NCBI GenBank assembly: GCA_963759225.1
Contig: CAVWYL010000005.1
Span: 7,912 to 71,911, forward strand
DNA from: an uncultured Acidimicrobiales bacterium
GTDB lineage: Bacteria; Actinomycetota; Acidimicrobiia; Acidimicrobiales; VFJN01
Length of the DNA: 64,000 nt
Direction of reading: 5' to 3'
A program made the translations under genes and the position numbers. Below, piece after piece: positions 61,527 through 64,000 of the stretch (the first letter of the stretch is position 1; each line of letters starts with the position of its first letter). The notes beneath the pieces are model-generated. The model was not told the DNA's origin and searched no databases. It saw only the letters and a list, made by a program, of their open reading frames with translations.

Positions 61527-63401
61527 ATGTGGGTGCGCGCACTGGCGCGTCTGCAGGTCGACGTGCCCATCGCGCTCGTCGACGTGATGCTGGTCACCGG
61601 GTCGTTCGTGCTGGTCACGGCCCTGCACTTCGACGGCCACATCCCGCCCACCTACTCGGAGCGCCTGTTCGAGTTCCTGCCGTTCGCCGTGGCCGCCTAC
61701 CTCGTCGCCAACCTGGCCTGGGGCCTGTACGGCCAGATCTGGCGCCACGCCAGCGTGGCCGAGGCCCGGCGCGTCGTGCTCGCCGGCATCTCCGCCGGGG
61801 CCGTGATCTACCTGGCCAACGACTGGCGGGCCTTCCCCCTCCCGCGTTCCGTGGTCGTCTTCGGGCCGGTCGTGGCCGCCATGTTCGTGGGCCTGGTCCG
61901 GTTCCAGCACCGGCTGTTCAGCTTCCGCCGCAAGATCCACCGCACCGCCAGCCGGGTGGCCGTCGTCGGCGCCGGCTCGGCCGGGGCCGCCATCGTGCGG
62001 GAGATGCGCCGGTCCGCCGACACCGGCCTCATCCCCGTCGTCGTGGTCGACGACGACCCCCGCAAGCAGGTGCGGGCCCTGCTCGGCGTGCCCGTGGTCG
62101 GCGACACGTCCTCGCTGGCCGCCGTCGTGCGCCACTTCCGGGCCGACGAGGTGTTCCTCGCCGTCCCCAGCGCCGACCAGCAGCTCACCCGCACGGTCAT
62201 GCGGGCGGCCGAGACGGCCGAGGTGCCGCTCAAGGTCCTGCCCCCGGTGCGCGAGCTGCTCGGCGGCCGTCCCTCGGTGCGGGCCGCCCGCGACCTGCGC
62301 ATCGAGGACCTGCTCGGCCGGCAGCAGGTGGTCACCGACGTCGAGCGCATCCGCGCCGCCGTGGCCGGGCGCCGCGTCCTCATCACGGGGGCCGGCGGCT
62401 CGATCGGCTCCGAGATCGCCGGGCAGGTGGCCGAGCTCGACCCCGCCCTCCTGGTGCTGCTCGACCACGACGAGACCCACCTCCACGACGTCGCCCAGCG
62501 GCTCGGGCCCGACGTGCGCTGCGAGCTGGCGCTCACCGACATCCGGGACCGCGACGGCCTGCGGGCCCGGTTCGACGCCGTGCGCCCCGAGGTCGTGTTC
62601 CACGCCGCCGCCCACAAGCACGTCCCGCTGCTGGAGGCCCACCCGGTCGAGGCGGTGCGCACCAACGTGCTGGGCACCGCCAACGTCGCCGCGGCCGCCG
62701 CGCCCCACACCGACCATCTGGTGTTCATCTCCTCCGACAAGGCGGTCCGGCCCCGCAACGCGCTCGGCCGGTCCAAGCGGCTGGGCGAGCAGATCGTCGT
62801 CGTCCACGCCCCGCCGGGCGCCCGCTGGTGCGCGGTCCGCTTCGGCAACGTGCTCGGCAGCCGGGGCAGCGTCATCCCGACCTTCGCCGCCCAGATCGCG
62901 GCGGGCGGCCCCGTCACCGTCACCGACCCCCGCATGACCCGCTACTTCATGAGCGTCCGGGAGGCGGTCCAGCTCGTCCTCCAGGCCGCGGTCCTCGCCC
63001 GCGGCGGCGAGGTGTTCATGCTCGACATGGGCGAGCCCGTGCGGATCCTCGACCTGGCCGAGCGCATGATCCGGCTCTCGGGCCGTGTCGTCGGCACGGA
63101 GGTCGCCGTGCGCGTCGTCGGCCCCCGCCCCGGCGAGAAGCTCAGCGAGGACCTGTACGACCCGGCCGAGCCGGGCGGCCCGACGGCCCACCCCCAGGTC
63201 GCGTGCGTGCGACGCCGGCCGATGTCGCGCGCGACACTCGATGCCGGACTCGACGACCTCGACGCCGTGGCGGAACGTGGCGACGATGCGGCCGCCGCCC
63301 GTGTCCTGGCCGAGGTCGCCGGGCTCGGCGCCGACGACGCAGGCACGACCATCGACATGACCAGTGACGAACAGAACGTGAGGACGCTGTCCCTCCCATG
63401 A
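61527..63401 (+). CDS. nucleoside-diphosphate sugar 4,6-dehydratase (CapD/PglF/WbpM-like); start uncertain
   Basis: N-terminal TMs, VGAGSAG, TGAGGSIGSE, HAAAHKHVP, SSDKAV, RFGNVLGSRGSV, RPGEKL.E. Confidence 0.92.
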   Translation: MWVRALARLQVDVPIALVDVMLVTGSFVLVTALHFDGHIPPTYSERLFEFLPFAVAAYLVANLAWGLYGQIWRHASVAEARRVVLAGISAGAVIYLANDWRAFPLPRSVVVFGPVVAAMFVGLVRFQHRLFSFRRKIHRTASRVAVVGAGSAGAAIVREMRRSADTGLIPVVVVDDDPRKQVRALLGVPVVGDTSSLAAVVRHFRADEVFLAVPSADQQLTRTVMRAAETAEVPLKVLPPVRELLGGRPSVRAARDLRIEDLLGRQQVVTDVERIRAAVAGRRVLITGAGGSIGSEIAGQVAELDPALLVLLDHDETHLHDVAQRLGPDVRCELALTDIRDRDGLRARFDAVRPEVVFHAAAHKHVPLLEAHPVEAVRTNVLGTANVAAAAAPHTDHLVFISSDKAVRPRNALGRSKRLGEQIVVVHAPPGARWCAVRFGNVLGSRGSVIPTFAAQIAAGGPVTVTDPRMTRYFMSVREAVQLVLQAAVLARGGEVFMLDMGEPVRILDLAERMIRLSGRVVGTEVAVRVVGPRPGEKLSEDLYDPAEPGGPTAHPQVACVRRRPMSRATLDAGLDDLDAVAERGDDAAAARVLAEVAGLGADDAGTTIDMTSDEQNVRTLSLP

Positions 63402-63414
63402 GCGGCGACATCCG

Positions 63415-64000
63415 ATGACCCCCACCGACTACCTCGCCATCGCCCGACGCCACTGGCGGCTGATCGCCGCCCTCGTGGTGCTCGCCGTGGCGGTCGTCTA
63501 CTGGACGTCGCCGGACCGCGCCCGCGGCACCTACGAGTCGACCTACATCCTGCGGGTCGAGTCCGCCGAGGGCCGCAGCGCATCCTCCGGGGTCACCCCC
63601 GAGGTCGTCGAGCTCTACGTCACCGTCGACGAGGTGCCCCGCCGGGCGGCCGCCGCCCTCGGCTACGAGGGCGACCCCGACAAGCTGGCCGCCAAGGTCA
63701 CCGCCGAGGCCGACCGCACGGTCGGCGTCGTGCGCATCACCGCCACGGACAAGGACCCCGACGAGGCGGCGCGCATCGCCAACGCGTTCGCCACCGAGGT
63801 CCAGAGCTACATCATCGAGGACGAGGCCGCCGACCAGGAGGAGGCGAGCGCCGCCCTCCAGGCGCAAGAGGACCAGGTGCGGGCCGACATCGCCGCCCTC
63901 GACCCCCAGATCGCCGCCGCCCCCGAGAACGCCAGCCTCGCCGAGGAGCGCGACCGCCTCGTCCGCCGGCTCGGCGACATCGAGGACCAGCAGGCCGCCG
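63415..64000 (+). CDS. polysaccharide chain-length determinant (Wzz/Wzc-like), truncated by window edge
   Basis: DYLAIARRHWRLI plus TM; Y.ST; DP..AA.IANAFA; coiled coil. Confidence 0.82.
   Translation, partial: MTPTDYLAIARRHWRLIAALVVLAVAVVYWTSPDRARGTYESTYILRVESAEGRSASSGVTPEVVELYVTVDEVPRRAAAALGYEGDPDKLAAKVTAEADRTVGVVRITATDKDPDEAARIANAFATEVQSYIIEDEAADQEEASAALQAQEDQVRADIAALDPQIAAAPENASLAEERDRLVRRLGDIEDQQAA

Overview
Very GC-rich, gene-dense actinobacterial DNA (Acidimicrobiia-like is an inference). It carries many single-base indels that split otherwise intact genes, most likely long-read or mixed-strain consensus errors. 1-13 kb: a group 1h (high-affinity) [NiFe]-hydrogenase operon with accessory and hyp maturation genes, including an unexpected YceI-family gene. 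13-17.7 kb: a methyltransferase-like gene, a cupin, a cytochrome P450, and an FHA-membrane gene paired with a small helical gene. The two paired proteins share an 18-aa Q/N-rich amyloid-like motif and are the best candidate for an undescribed signalling system. 17.7-29.2 kb: three paralogous winged-helix regulators with different sensor modules, and four promoters that share an identical 11-bp-phased CTCCAC/CTCCAAG architecture. Next come a multidomain GH13 amylase/pullulanase, a Prim-Pol, an FG-GAP lipoprotein, an Hsp70-TM-beta-propeller protein and a pair of very large uncharacterised genes (40.9-48 kb). The window ends with housekeeping and detoxification genes (prs, dinB, VOC, ADH), an ABC exporter and TetR regulator separated by a triple operator, and the start of a polysaccharide locus. 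No rRNA, tRNA, CRISPR array or transposase was seen.
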